A DNA stretch of 64,000 nt from Bacteroidota bacterium (GTDB taxonomy: Bacteria > Bacteroidota > Bacteroidia > AKYH767-A > JABDAW01): NCBI GenBank assembly GCA_013288905.1, contig JABDAW010000002.1, positions 3,265-67,264 of the forward strand, in the 5' to 3' direction. The position numbers were made by a program, and so were the translations under genes. Positions 28,593 through 38,304 of the stretch are shown one piece after another (the first letter of the stretch is position 1; each line of letters begins with the position of its first letter). Below the pieces are notes generated by a model that saw only the letters and a program-made list of their open reading frames with translations, was not told where the DNA came from and did not search any database.

Positions 28593-30146
28593 TTAGGAAA
28601 GCTTTATCTTTTCTTCAGAGGCATTGAAGAAATGATATTCCATGAAATGATAGGCAGAATCAGGGATTATTTTCACCCATTTATTGTATGCAAAAAACCA
28701 TTTCATTTGTATGGAAAAAATACCTTTCGTAAGGTAAGCATAGATATAAGGACTCGTGCGGATGGAGATGGATTTCTCGCCTTGCTCCTTGAGGAGATAG
28801 CGGAGATTGGTGTTGATGTCATCAAGGTAGAGGACGCTGGATTTAATTTCTCCGGTGCCATCGCAGGCAGGACATTTCTCGACAGTTACAACATTCATCT
28901 CCGGGCGAACACGCTGACGAGTTATCTGTACCAATCCGAATTTGCTGGGAGGAAGGATGTTGTGTTTCGCCCTGTCCTTCTTCATTTCTTCTTTAATCTT
29001 TTCATAAAGAAGTTTACGATTGGCAGCAACCCGCTGATCAATAAAATCAATAACTATGATGCCACCCATATCACGAAGCCTTAACTGGCGGGCAACTTCA
29101 CGCGCGGCTTCCATATTAACGGTAAGAGCATTTTCTTCCTGATTAATATCTGCTTTACTACGCAATCCACTGTTGACATCAATCACATGAAGAGCTTCAG
29201 TGTGTTCAATAATCAGGTAAGCTCCGCCGGGGAGATTAACAGTCTTTCCGAAACCGGATTTTATCTGCTTCTCAAGGCTGAAATGTTCAAAGATAGGCTC
29301 CTTGCCTTTGTATAGCTTAACGATGTTTTCGTGCTCCGGCGCAATGGAACGGAGATAGAGTTTAATATCCTCGAATATTGCAGAGTCATTGACATGAATG
29401 TTTTGGAAATTAGGATTCAATAAATCCCGCAGTATCGTAGAAGTTCTGTTTAATTCCCCATGCAGTTTGAATGGAGGTTTTGCAGTTAATAATTGATGAT
29501 GAAGATTGTTCCATTTCTCCATCATATCAGCCAAATCCTTTTCCAAATCAGATACCTTTGCACCAACTGCTGCGGTACGAATAATAAGACCGAAATTCTT
29601 TGGCTTGAGACCAATCATGATCTTCTTTAAACGGCTTCTTTCATCAATGTTTTTAATCTTTTGAGAAATAGTTACCGAATCTTCAAACGGAACCAAAACC
29701 ATGTATCTGCCCGGAAGAGATATTTCAGTACTGATGCGAGGACCCTTTGTGGAAATAGGTTCCTTGGCAACTTGTACCATCACCCATTGATTTGCTGCAA
29801 GGATACTGCTAATCTTGCCAGTCTTTTCAATATCCTTTTCCAGAACAAAATTATCCAAGGAAGGATTAGGATTCTTGCCGGTAGAAGTATTCCTCGTAAA
29901 TTTAATAACAGAATTTACCTGTGCTCCCAAATCGAGATAATGGAGAAAAGCATCTCTTTCGTAACCGACATCCACAAAAGCCGCACTAAGACCGGGAATT
30001 ATCTTCCTGATACGACCCAAATAAATATCTCCTACCGAGAAACTCTGGTCTTCCTTTTCACTGTTTAATTCAGCTAATTTCCCATCCTCAACAAGGGCAA
30101 TTGTTACCTCGTTGGGTGTAGAATTTATATATAATTCACTAATCAA
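28593..30146 (-). CDS. rng: Ribonuclease E/G family endoribonuclease
   Basis: N-terminal S1 domain (VGDIYLGRIRKIIPGLSAAFVDVG), the catalytic DNase-I-like region, and a ~517-aa size typical of RNase G. Confidence 0.85.
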   Translation of the reverse strand: MISELYINSTPNEVTIALVEDGKLAELNSEKEDQSFSVGDIYLGRIRKIIPGLSAAFVDVGYERDAFLHYLDLGAQVNSVIKFTRNTSTGKNPNPSLDNFVLEKDIEKTGKISSILAANQWVMVQVAKEPISTKGPRISTEISLPGRYMVLVPFEDSVTISQKIKNIDERSRLKKIMIGLKPKNFGLIIRTAAVGAKVSDLEKDLADMMEKWNNLHHQLLTAKPPFKLHGELNRTSTILRDLLNPNFQNIHVNDSAIFEDIKLYLRSIAPEHENIVKLYKGKEPIFEHFSLEKQIKSGFGKTVNLPGGAYLIIEHTEALHVIDVNSGLRSKADINQEENALTVNMEAAREVARQLRLRDMGGIIVIDFIDQRVAANRKLLYEKIKEEMKKDRAKHNILPPSKFGLVQITRQRVRPEMNVVTVEKCPACDGTGEIKSSVLYLDDINTNLRYLLKEQGEKSISIRTSPYIYAYLTKGIFSIQMKWFFAYNKWVKIIPDSAYHFMEYHFFNASEEKIKLS

Positions 30147-30319
30147 ATTCTTAGTATTTAAAAAAGAAACCCTGACTTGATATTCTTAAGTACATGCCAC
30201 TCCAAAAGACATCACTTCAAAACAAACCAAATCAGGATAGGATAGTATTTTTTCATCATCAAACAATATGCAGGGAATTTACTCCTCTGAAATGCATAAA
30301 ATGCTGAAAGAACTATGGG

Positions 30320-30409
30320 TTATTTCTTCTTATGTCTGTTCTTTCTAAGGGCTTTCTTCCGCTTGTGGGTAGCCATTTTATGTCTCTTTCTTTTTTTTCC
30401 GCTTGGCAT
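30320..30409 (-). CDS. Possible small highly basic protein (MPSGKKRKRHKMATHKRKKALRKNRHKKK), unannotated
   Basis: A 29-codon ORF between the TPR gene and rng. Lys/Arg-rich like small ribosome-associated proteins. Below the ORF-track size cut-off. Confidence 0.25.
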   Translation of the reverse strand: MPSGKKRKRHKMATHKRKKALRKNRHKKK

Positions 30410-30440
30410 ATTATTTAATATTTTTTTAAATTAGTTAAAA

Positions 30441-31289
30441 TCAATTTACTTGTTCTTTAAGATTTCTTATTTCTTTTATGTAGCTATCAACTTGTGAAAT
30501 CCTTATGGTATCAGTCAAATAGCTCTTATACTTTTCAAAGTTTGTAATAGCTTTTTCCTTATCCCCTTTCTTAAGGAAGACATCACCGAGGTAGCTATAG
30601 ACCTCAATGTTTTTGGGATTAATCATCAAAACAGTGTCAAATCTTGCAATTGCCTTATCATATTGTCCTGATTTAACAGCAAGAAATCCAAGATTCAATT
30701 GAGCTGTTTCATGTTTAGGATTTGCTGCAACTACTTCTCGCAATAACATGATCCCTTGCATAGGATTACTTGTTCCTTCAGCATAACAAACTCCCAGGTC
30801 GGTTTTCGCATCCAGGTTCTTAGGATTAAATTCCAAAACTTTATTGTAACAAAGAATAGCCTTGTCAACAAGGGCTTTCATAGCTAAGGAATCATTGGCA
30901 GATTTGAAACCATCAAAATAACGATAAGCGGCATTCAACCAATGCTTTTCAGTAGGTTCCGAAACAGCTACTTTTTCACAATAGTATGCTGCAATAGCAG
31001 GCATATTTGCATGATCAAAAATCTTTGCAATAGAATCATTTGCTTCGACACTTCTGCTTGGTTTCTTTTCAGCAATGGTTTCCAGATTTTGAATGCTGTT
31101 CGTTTCCTCAGACGATAAATTTTGCTTAGCCTTATTCACTATATCTTCGAAATTAAAGGCACTTGTTTTTACAGATTCAACATTAGCCATAGCAGGATTA
31201 TAACCTTCGCGAGGTGCGAAATAAATCAGTGCAGTAAGCATTAAAGTACCTGTAATCAAGAGCAATTGACTTCGAGAAAGTGAGCGCAT
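30441..31289 (-). CDS. TPR repeat-containing periplasmic or membrane-anchored protein
   Basis: N-terminal signal anchor, then four or more TPR motifs. Confidence 0.6.
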   Translation of the reverse strand: MRSLSRSQLLLITGTLMLTALIYFAPREGYNPAMANVESVKTSAFNFEDIVNKAKQNLSSEETNSIQNLETIAEKKPSRSVEANDSIAKIFDHANMPAIAAYYCEKVAVSEPTEKHWLNAAYRYFDGFKSANDSLAMKALVDKAILCYNKVLEFNPKNLDAKTDLGVCYAEGTSNPMQGIMLLREVVAANPKHETAQLNLGFLAVKSGQYDKAIARFDTVLMINPKNIEVYSYLGDVFLKKGDKEKAITNFEKYKSYLTDTIRISQVDSYIKEIRNLKEQVN

Positions 31290-31295
31290 CAGGAA

Positions 31296-31610
31296 TTATT
31301 TTTCCTTTTTATCGTCCGTCAGTCTCTTCTTGTTATTCGCTTTTACTTTGTCCAAAAAGCCTTTAGAGGGCTTCCATGTCGGCACATATCTTTCCGGCAC
31401 AATCACAGGTACACCGGCAATGATATTCCTCCCTATTTTACCTTTTCTTTTCTTCACCACGAAGCTACCGAAGCCACGAAGGTAGCAGTTTTCGCCCTTC
31501 ATCATGGTGTTCTTGATAATACTGATAGTAGCTTCTAAAATTTCGGTTACTACAACACGCTCAACACCAGTCTTTTTTGACAATTCAATGATGAGTTTTT
31601 GTTTAGTCAT
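31296..31610 (-). CDS. HU family DNA-binding protein
   Basis: HU/IHF fold (..GFGSFVVKKRKGKIGRNIIAGVPVIVPE..). Likely start MTKQKL at 31610. A TAnnTTTG box lies on the minus strand at 31670-31677. Confidence 0.75.
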   Translation of the reverse strand: MTKQKLIIELSKKTGVERVVVTEILEATISIIKNTMMKGENCYLRGFGSFVVKKRKGKIGRNIIAGVPVIVPERYVPTWKPSKGFLDKVKANNKKRLTDDKKEK

Positions 31611-31796
31611 GTTAGTCTTGTACATACTTTTAATTTTTAAATTTATTAATCTGATTATTTTTAGGGCTGCAAAGATATATTTTTTTTTTGAAACCAAAAA
31701 TGGATTAATAAAAAATGTCCCGTAGTTAGGATTGTCTCCTTAAGATGTTTTGCCGCTATTTTTGTAATAGTCTGCTAAAGAAACGATCTACTTCTC

Positions 31797-31978
31797 TATT
31801 ATAAACTTTCCTCTCAAATTTTCATTAGCCGATCTTATTTCATAGAAATAAACCCCTGAACTCCATGTAAAAATTGAGATAGAATTATCAATACCTGTAA
31901 ATATTTCTTTAAACACTTCATTGCCGAGAAGGTCGGTGATTATTAATTGCTGATTAGGGGATGGGAAGGATTGTAATT
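31797..31978 (-). pseudogene. Stand-alone T9SS CTD remnant (QSFPSPNQQLIITDLLGNEVFKEIFTGIDNSISIFTWSSGVYFYEIRSANENLRGKFIIE*)
   Basis: Complete CTD-like ~60 aa with no upstream protein body, next to the bona fide CTD of the 1224-aa gene. Confidence 0.55.
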
Positions 31979-31991
31979 TTTCAGCGCAAAA

Positions 31992-34900
31992 TTACATTTC
32001 TTTTATGAATTTTCCTCTCATAATATCTTTTCCATTTGTTATCTCATAAAAATAAATGCCATTATTCCAATTTGAAACATCTAATCTGGTATTTATTCCT
32101 TCGAGGGTTTTATGACAAATTATTCTTCCAAAGACATCAGTTACCATCATTGTTTCATTAGCACTAAAAATTGATAATTTTATGTTTATTGCTGTATTGG
32201 TTGGATTGGGGAAAATAAGAACTCCATCATATTTTTGATTGCTTAAATTGGGAATGCCTCCTAATCCAACTGCATATAAATCAAAACAAGCAATATAACC
32301 ATACATATAATCATAATTACCAGTGTCTGAAACTGGTCCATCTACAAACCAGGAACTTCCTCCAGGGTTTCTAAATGGGAAATTTACACCCCAATAGTTA
32401 TCATATCCGAGAGTTGCGGAATATCCTGTTATATATAATTTATTCGTTTTATAAACTGTTATAGATGAACTAATATCACTAAACATACTATTATTATCGT
32501 TAGGAGAATTTAAACCTGGCGATCCAAATAGTGATGCCCAAAAAAGATTATCATCAGATCCAAATCCTATAACACAGGCATCAGGGTTTAAACCCTGAAA
32601 ACCAAATTCAGAATCAGGTGCAGTATTATTTTCTTCCTGTAGATACATTCCTGAAGGTGTTGAAGATTGTGTCTGAAAATGTTGGAGGGTAGTTGATGTA
32701 ATGAATAAATCACCATTATCATCACATGTAGCATCAATAAATTTATCATAAGCAGTAACCGTAAGACTAAAACCAAAATCCGTACCATGAACAATATCCA
32801 TAAATCCCGGATATAAGGTTGACCAATCTAAAGTATCTTCATTGACATCGAATCTTACAACAAATAAATTTCCTCCGTCTGATGCCGAACTGGAAAAGCC
32901 TGAAATAGGGTTGTAAACAGGTACATGATCAGTTGAAATAGGGTTGCAATTAGAAACGGAAGTCCCCGTTACATTAGTTATACCAACCGCATACATGCTG
33001 TTAGTAATAGATGATGTCGTTACCGTTTGAAAACTATTAACATTATTAAAATTAGTTGACCATTGCAAGACTCCACCAATCGAAAATTTACATAAAAAAG
33101 CATTGCTATGACTGGTGTTTGTTGCTACTTGAGAATAACTGCTACCTGTACTGATTAAAGGGAAATGTCCACCACTGGCAGATGTTATTGTGGAATGATT
33201 CATTGCTGATGTATCATCCGTTTTTGTAGTCATTCCGCATAAGTAAAGAGCTACCACATCGGCAGTTCTTATAAATCCTATTTCATAAACAGAATCTTCC
33301 TTATCACTACCTACTAAGGTACTCCATTTTAATTTATTCGCAGTGTCAAATTTTATAACAAAAATATCTCCTCCACCTGCATTAAAGTTCTGGAAATATG
33401 CTCCAAGTCCCGGATCGCATAAAGGAAAATTATTTCCAATTGTTGCAAGGCAGCCATTAGCTTGCAACTGAGTACTTCTTGTATTACCTGTTACAAAAAT
33501 ATTACCAGCCAAATCACATGTAATACTTCTGCCATCATCATCGCCATCTCCACCTATTAATGCAATCCATGTTGGAATCCCTGTATGTTTACCTATCCTT
33601 GCAATAAAGGCATCCTTCCCACCTGAATTGGTACCCTTATAGTAACTCCCATTACTTGGATTTGTTAATGGTAGAATTGGTAAACCTGTACTTTTTGTAT
33701 AGCCTGTAATATATAATGCCGTATCAATAGGATTAAAAACAACTCCATGCACTTCTGTACTGTCACTGCTGCCAATATAAGTACAAACAAGAAGTGTATC
33801 GCCGGAATTAAATTGCATATAAAAACCATCTATAGTCCCATTATATTGAACTTGAAATGCACCATTGGTATAAGGAATAGTGCCGTAATATGTTCTTCCT
33901 ACGGCATAACTATTGCCTGCTGTGTCTGTAGTAACATCTAAATTATTTGTCTCTTCCCCTGAATCATCATCCAAATAATCGTAGGTACTCCATTTTAGGT
34001 TACCAATAGTTACAGGATTAAGAGACGGAAAGTTCCTGTCAATCTGGATGATAAGAGGAAGGTTGGTATTATATGCACCCAGATTGAACCCTAATTCATT
34101 GGTACCTGATACATAATAATTCGCTCCCCAGGTTAGTGCTACTCTGTCTCCACTGCTATCTACTTGATAAACTTCAGGAGGCAATTGCTTAATACCTCCA
34201 AATTTACAATAAGTTCGCATTGAGCCATCAACAAGAATAACGGTAGAATCAATATCAACACCAGAATATTGAAGTTTAATTTGTGAAGTATCGGCTCCTG
34301 GCATTATCATAATATAATATTTTAAACCGGCATTTGTGCCGGTAAATAATGCCTCAACATGATTGTATATTTCGGGGTATAATAAATATTGATAAGGGTG
34401 AACATCTGTAATTCCTGTAGGACATTGTGGTAGATAAAAATTTTGAACTCCTCCAAATAATTGTTCAATTGCTATTGGGTTTGATGTGTTTCCTTTTGGG
34501 AAAGAAAGATCAACCCTTGCCGATGTATCGTGGTGTGCGGATGTAGAATCTCTTTTCAAAAAGGCATAACTAATTGTATCCTGTAAAAAATAATTTCCTC
34601 CCATAGTATAAAACTTAACGGCAGTACTTACACTATCTCTCGTATCTTTTATCTGTCCATAGTTTTGATAAAAGCAGAAACTCGGTGAGACTCCTTCTGT
34701 ATCCGGCAAATTGATTGCTTGACTGATCATAGCAGTACATCCATGAGCATCAGTAACAACAACTGAATTCCCTCCAAACTCTGAACTTATTATGGTTTGC
34801 GTGGTTGCTCCTGTTGGACTCCAAAGATAGGTATAAGGGCTTATTCCACCAGTTGCAGTTACTGCCGCAATGCCAATAGAATAAATAACAGTATCAGTTA

Positions 34901-35666
34901 AGGTAAGAACAATTGGTGAAGGTTGTGTGATTATTGCCGCTGGTGTTACTGCTGTGCATCCGTTATGGTCGGTAACGGTTACATGATAAATACCTGCAAT
35001 TAAATTGTCCGCGTAACTTGTTGTTTGTGGAGGGCTTGTGTTCCATAAGTAGGTATATGGAGTTGTTCCATAGTTTATATTCGTTGAAATATATCCATTA
35101 TTTCCGCCATTACAAGTTACATTTGTTTGAATTGCGTTAGATGCTGATAACTGATTATTTATAGCAAATTGATTGGTAGCAGATGAGGTAATTCCCGAAG
35201 GATTGGTTCCAATAATTCTGATGCGGTAATTAGTACTTGGTGGATAAGTAGAGCATGGAATTTGAGACGGAATAGATGAGGCACTTGTACCAGCGACAAC
35301 TCCAATGTTAACCGGAGAACCAAAGCCCCCTGATGCATCGCTTAACTGAGCGATAAAATTGTTACCGGATAAGAATCCGGTACTTGTAGAACAAGGTACA
35401 TAGACCGAATCTCCAGGATTAAAGGACGATGCGACAGTACCGATGTAAATTGTTTGTGCTTCAATCGTAGCAGGGGCTAATGTTGCAAACACAGCAGCAC
35501 TTGCAACACCAATAGTAATAACACTTGTGGATGTTGAACTTACTGTTAGAACACTTGTTGTTATGGCTGAAAGATTCAGCATAAATGCAACAATGATAAT
35601 TAAACTTTTATGGACAAAGTTACTAACCATTTTCCCGAAGGAAATTTTTGTACAGATTTTTTTCAT
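31992..35666 (-). CDS. Very large secreted T9SS cargo protein (beta-propeller / SBBP-like repeats) with a C-terminal sorting domain
   Basis: Signal peptide. Repetitive Thr/Ser/Gly-rich beta-propeller-like repeats. C-terminal FPNPTNTAINIKL...GIYFYEITNGKDIMRGKFIKEM. Confidence 0.7.
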   Translation of the reverse strand: MKKICTKISFGKMVSNFVHKSLIIIVAFMLNLSAITTSVLTVSSTSTSVITIGVASAAVFATLAPATIEAQTIYIGTVASSFNPGDSVYVPCSTSTGFLSGNNFIAQLSDASGGFGSPVNIGVVAGTSASSIPSQIPCSTYPPSTNYRIRIIGTNPSGITSSATNQFAINNQLSASNAIQTNVTCNGGNNGYISTNINYGTTPYTYLWNTSPPQTTSYADNLIAGIYHVTVTDHNGCTAVTPAAIITQPSPIVLTLTDTVIYSIGIAAVTATGGISPYTYLWSPTGATTQTIISSEFGGNSVVVTDAHGCTAMISQAINLPDTEGVSPSFCFYQNYGQIKDTRDSVSTAVKFYTMGGNYFLQDTISYAFLKRDSTSAHHDTSARVDLSFPKGNTSNPIAIEQLFGGVQNFYLPQCPTGITDVHPYQYLLYPEIYNHVEALFTGTNAGLKYYIMIMPGADTSQIKLQYSGVDIDSTVILVDGSMRTYCKFGGIKQLPPEVYQVDSSGDRVALTWGANYYVSGTNELGFNLGAYNTNLPLIIQIDRNFPSLNPVTIGNLKWSTYDYLDDDSGEETNNLDVTTDTAGNSYAVGRTYYGTIPYTNGAFQVQYNGTIDGFYMQFNSGDTLLVCTYIGSSDSTEVHGVVFNPIDTALYITGYTKSTGLPILPLTNPSNGSYYKGTNSGGKDAFIARIGKHTGIPTWIALIGGDGDDDGRSITCDLAGNIFVTGNTRSTQLQANGCLATIGNNFPLCDPGLGAYFQNFNAGGGDIFVIKFDTANKLKWSTLVGSDKEDSVYEIGFIRTADVVALYLCGMTTKTDDTSAMNHSTITSASGGHFPLISTGSSYSQVATNTSHSNAFLCKFSIGGVLQWSTNFNNVNSFQTVTTSSITNSMYAVGITNVTGTSVSNCNPISTDHVPVYNPISGFSSSASDGGNLFVVRFDVNEDTLDWSTLYPGFMDIVHGTDFGFSLTVTAYDKFIDATCDDNGDLFITSTTLQHFQTQSSTPSGMYLQEENNTAPDSEFGFQGLNPDACVIGFGSDDNLFWASLFGSPGLNSPNDNNSMFSDISSSITVYKTNKLYITGYSATLGYDNYWGVNFPFRNPGGSSWFVDGPVSDTGNYDYMYGYIACFDLYAVGLGGIPNLSNQKYDGVLIFPNPTNTAINIKLSIFSANETMMVTDVFGRIICHKTLEGINTRLDVSNWNNGIYFYEITNGKDIMRGKFIKEM

Positions 35667-35924
35667 TTTCTTTAATTTTTGATTGTTTAAATAATTTAAT
35701 TTTATATTCTTAATTTTACTGATTCTTTATAATGCAACGTGGGCTAACACCACTTTGCATTGGAGGAACTGAGATCCCTGTAGAACAAAATAAATGCGCC
35801 CACGCTTACGAGGGCATCATGCTTATTTCTATTCTACATGAAAGTTCTCAGTTTCCCAATGTAGATAAAAGCTGACGCTTTTATGTTTAAAAAAATTACT
35901 ACTTACAGTTTTAAATTCTACATA

Positions 35925-37214
35925 TTATTCTATTATAAATTTTCCGTTATAAATTTCTTGATTGTTTGTTATTTGATAAAAATACATTCCTTTGCTCCAT
36001 TTCGAAACATCAATTGTTTCGTTGCTATTATTCAATATTTCTTTATAAACTTCATTACCCAAAATGTCTTTAATCAACAAGGTTTCATTAGTGATATAAG
36101 ATGATAGATGAATGTTTAATGTTGTGTTTGTAGGATTAGGATAAATATCAACTCCTCCATTCTTCTTTATAGTATTTTCTCCAAGATACCAACCATTATA
36201 CTTTGCGATATACATAACCGTATCAGAATTGATTTTAGTAAATCCACCAGTAACATAAAGCTCATTATTAAATACTGCTATATCACCTATTCCAATATTA
36301 AAAGTATCAGATGAAAAAGCAGACCAATTATAACCATCCCACACAGCAATATTACTTACGGATACAATACCTGCTTGAGTAAAACTACCTACAGCATAAA
36401 GTTTATTACCAATAACTCTTAAATTATCTATCTCATTATTGATTCCACCACCGACATTGACAAAATTAGTTCCATCCCACTTGTAAATAAATTGTCCGTT
36501 AGCAAGTGGTCCTCCACCGATATATAATTCATTATTATAAACTGCCAAACTATGAATAAATGAACCTAAGTTATTACCCAATTCATTCCAATTTGTTCCA
36601 TCAAATGTTAGTAAACTAAAGCTGGTATTAGTCAAAGTATCATAAAAACTACTTGCAAAGTATATCATGTTTTGAAATACAATACTATAACAAACACCCT
36701 CAACCTCGCTTACTCCATGAGGTAATCCAATGGGAATCCAATTATTACCATTCCATACTGCAATACCAAGAGAATAATTTCCATTGACATCAATAAAATT
36801 TCCTGAACAATAAAGAAGACTGTCATATACAATTAAAGTATTAGCAGCACCTGTATTACCAAATGCCCAATCAATACTATCCCATGATGTTCCATTCCAT
36901 TTTGTAAATCCATTATATTCAATATACCCGCTTACATAAAGATTGTTTTGATATTCATTAATTGATAATACAGGATAACCATTTAATCCCGTTATTGAAG
37001 TATCCCAGGATGTGCCTGTCCAAGCAGCTATTCCAACTTGAGAATGTCCATTCACTGCCCAAAAATTACCACCAACAAATAAGCGATTTAAAATAGTATC
37101 AGCATATAACACTCTTGCTTGAGAGTTTAAGCCTGTGCCGAGGGCTAACCATCCTTGGGCATAAAAGAGATTACAAGATAAGGAGAGCGTTAGTATAAAG
37201 AAGATTTTTTTCAT
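35925..37214 (-). CDS. Secreted beta-propeller protein with a T9SS C-terminal sorting domain
   Basis: Signal peptide. Repeated ..NELY.GG.F.. blades. C-terminal YPNPTNTTLNIHL...GMYFYQITNNQEIYNGKFIIE. Confidence 0.7.
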   Translation of the reverse strand: MKKIFFILTLSLSCNLFYAQGWLALGTGLNSQARVLYADTILNRLFVGGNFWAVNGHSQVGIAAWTGTSWDTSITGLNGYPVLSINEYQNNLYVSGYIEYNGFTKWNGTSWDSIDWAFGNTGAANTLIVYDSLLYCSGNFIDVNGNYSLGIAVWNGNNWIPIGLPHGVSEVEGVCYSIVFQNMIYFASSFYDTLTNTSFSLLTFDGTNWNELGNNLGSFIHSLAVYNNELYIGGGPLANGQFIYKWDGTNFVNVGGGINNEIDNLRVIGNKLYAVGSFTQAGIVSVSNIAVWDGYNWSAFSSDTFNIGIGDIAVFNNELYVTGGFTKINSDTVMYIAKYNGWYLGENTIKKNGGVDIYPNPTNTTLNIHLSSYITNETLLIKDILGNEVYKEILNNSNETIDVSKWSKGMYFYQITNNQEIYNGKFIIE

Positions 37215-37579
37215 ATTGATATTTTCTGAAATTTAGATAGTAGTATTTTAAACGCCTTTATGTTTTTATAATTCTTCTTTCCTTATATCTTTTTATAATT
37301 TTTGGAGTTGCAATATTATGCAATTAATTTCTAATGACCAAATAATATGTTTTAAAAAAAATATTTTATTGGCACTCATCATAGCTGAAAGCCATACATC
37401 AAGAGGGAATTGGTAACGTTCATATAGAACCGGATATGATGTATTATGCGTATTTTTAGACATAAATTCATTATAGTATTGGTCAGTATTGCGGCAATAC
37501 TGGTCAGTATTGGAGACATTTTCAGGTAAGTATTTTGGAAAAATTCCTTCCAAAGTTTGTAAAAACTCCTTCCATACTA

Positions 37580-37815
37580 ACCATTATGGAGGATATCATG
37601 ACCATTATGCGAGCCATAATGGTCATGATGCGAGGCATAATGGTTATGATAGGAGACATAATGGTTATGATGCGAGGCATAATGGTCATGATGGGAGCCA
37701 TAATGGTTATGATGGGAGATATAATGGTCATGATGCGAGCCATAATGGTCATGATGGGAGATATAATGGTTATGATGCGAGGCATAATGGTCATGATATC
37801 CTCCATAATGGTCAG
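37580..37815. repeat. 21-bp-period tandem array (cataatggtYatgatgSgagg, ~11 units)
   Basis: Direct reading. The overlapping ORFs 37489-37881, 37522-38052 and 37535-38161 are repeat artefacts. Confidence 0.85.
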
Positions 37816-37833
37816 TATTTTGACTGTCATCTT

Positions 37834-38160
37834 ATCGAACAGGTCTTTACCGAAAGCTACCGTGTCATTAGCGAACGATAAAGTGTCCTTTCCGAACGAT
37901 AAGGTGCTCTTGTCTAACGATAAGGTGTCTTTCCCGAACGATAAGGTGTCCTTCCCGAACGATAAAGTGCTCTTGTCGAAGGATAATGTGTCTTTCCCGA
38001 ACGATAAGGTGTCCTTCCCGAACGATAATGTGTCCCGAACGATAAGGTGCACTTGTCGAACAATAAGGTGTCTTTCCCGAACGATAGGGTGCTTTTGTCG
38101 AACCTCAAGGGGACTTTATCGAACCTTATGGTGTCTTTGTCTCTCGACAAGGTGCCTTTG
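37834..38160. repeat. Second 21-bp-period array with a different sequence (cgaacgataaggtgtcYttYc, ~15 units), directly adjacent to the first
   Basis: Direct reading. Confidence 0.85.
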
Positions 38161-38304
38161 AAAATCTACAAAAAACAAAAAAGATGGGTATTTGGAAGTT
38201 CAAAATCTCCGAATCATAAATTTAAAAGTCGCTTCATTTTAATGAAATACATGGCTTCTGTTATTTTTACTATTTTTGCAACCTGAATAAACAGAAAAGA
38301 AGAA

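Noticed and set aside
37489-38161. ORFs 37489-37881(+), 37522-38052(-), 37535-38161(+) and 37914-38150(-) encoding heptad-repeat peptides (HNGHDAR..., PNDKVSF...)
   Set aside because: They are produced by two 21-bp arrays read in several frames and on both strands. Unit-to-unit differences are non-synonymous in every frame, and there are no RBS or promoter signals. They are treated as repeat artefacts.
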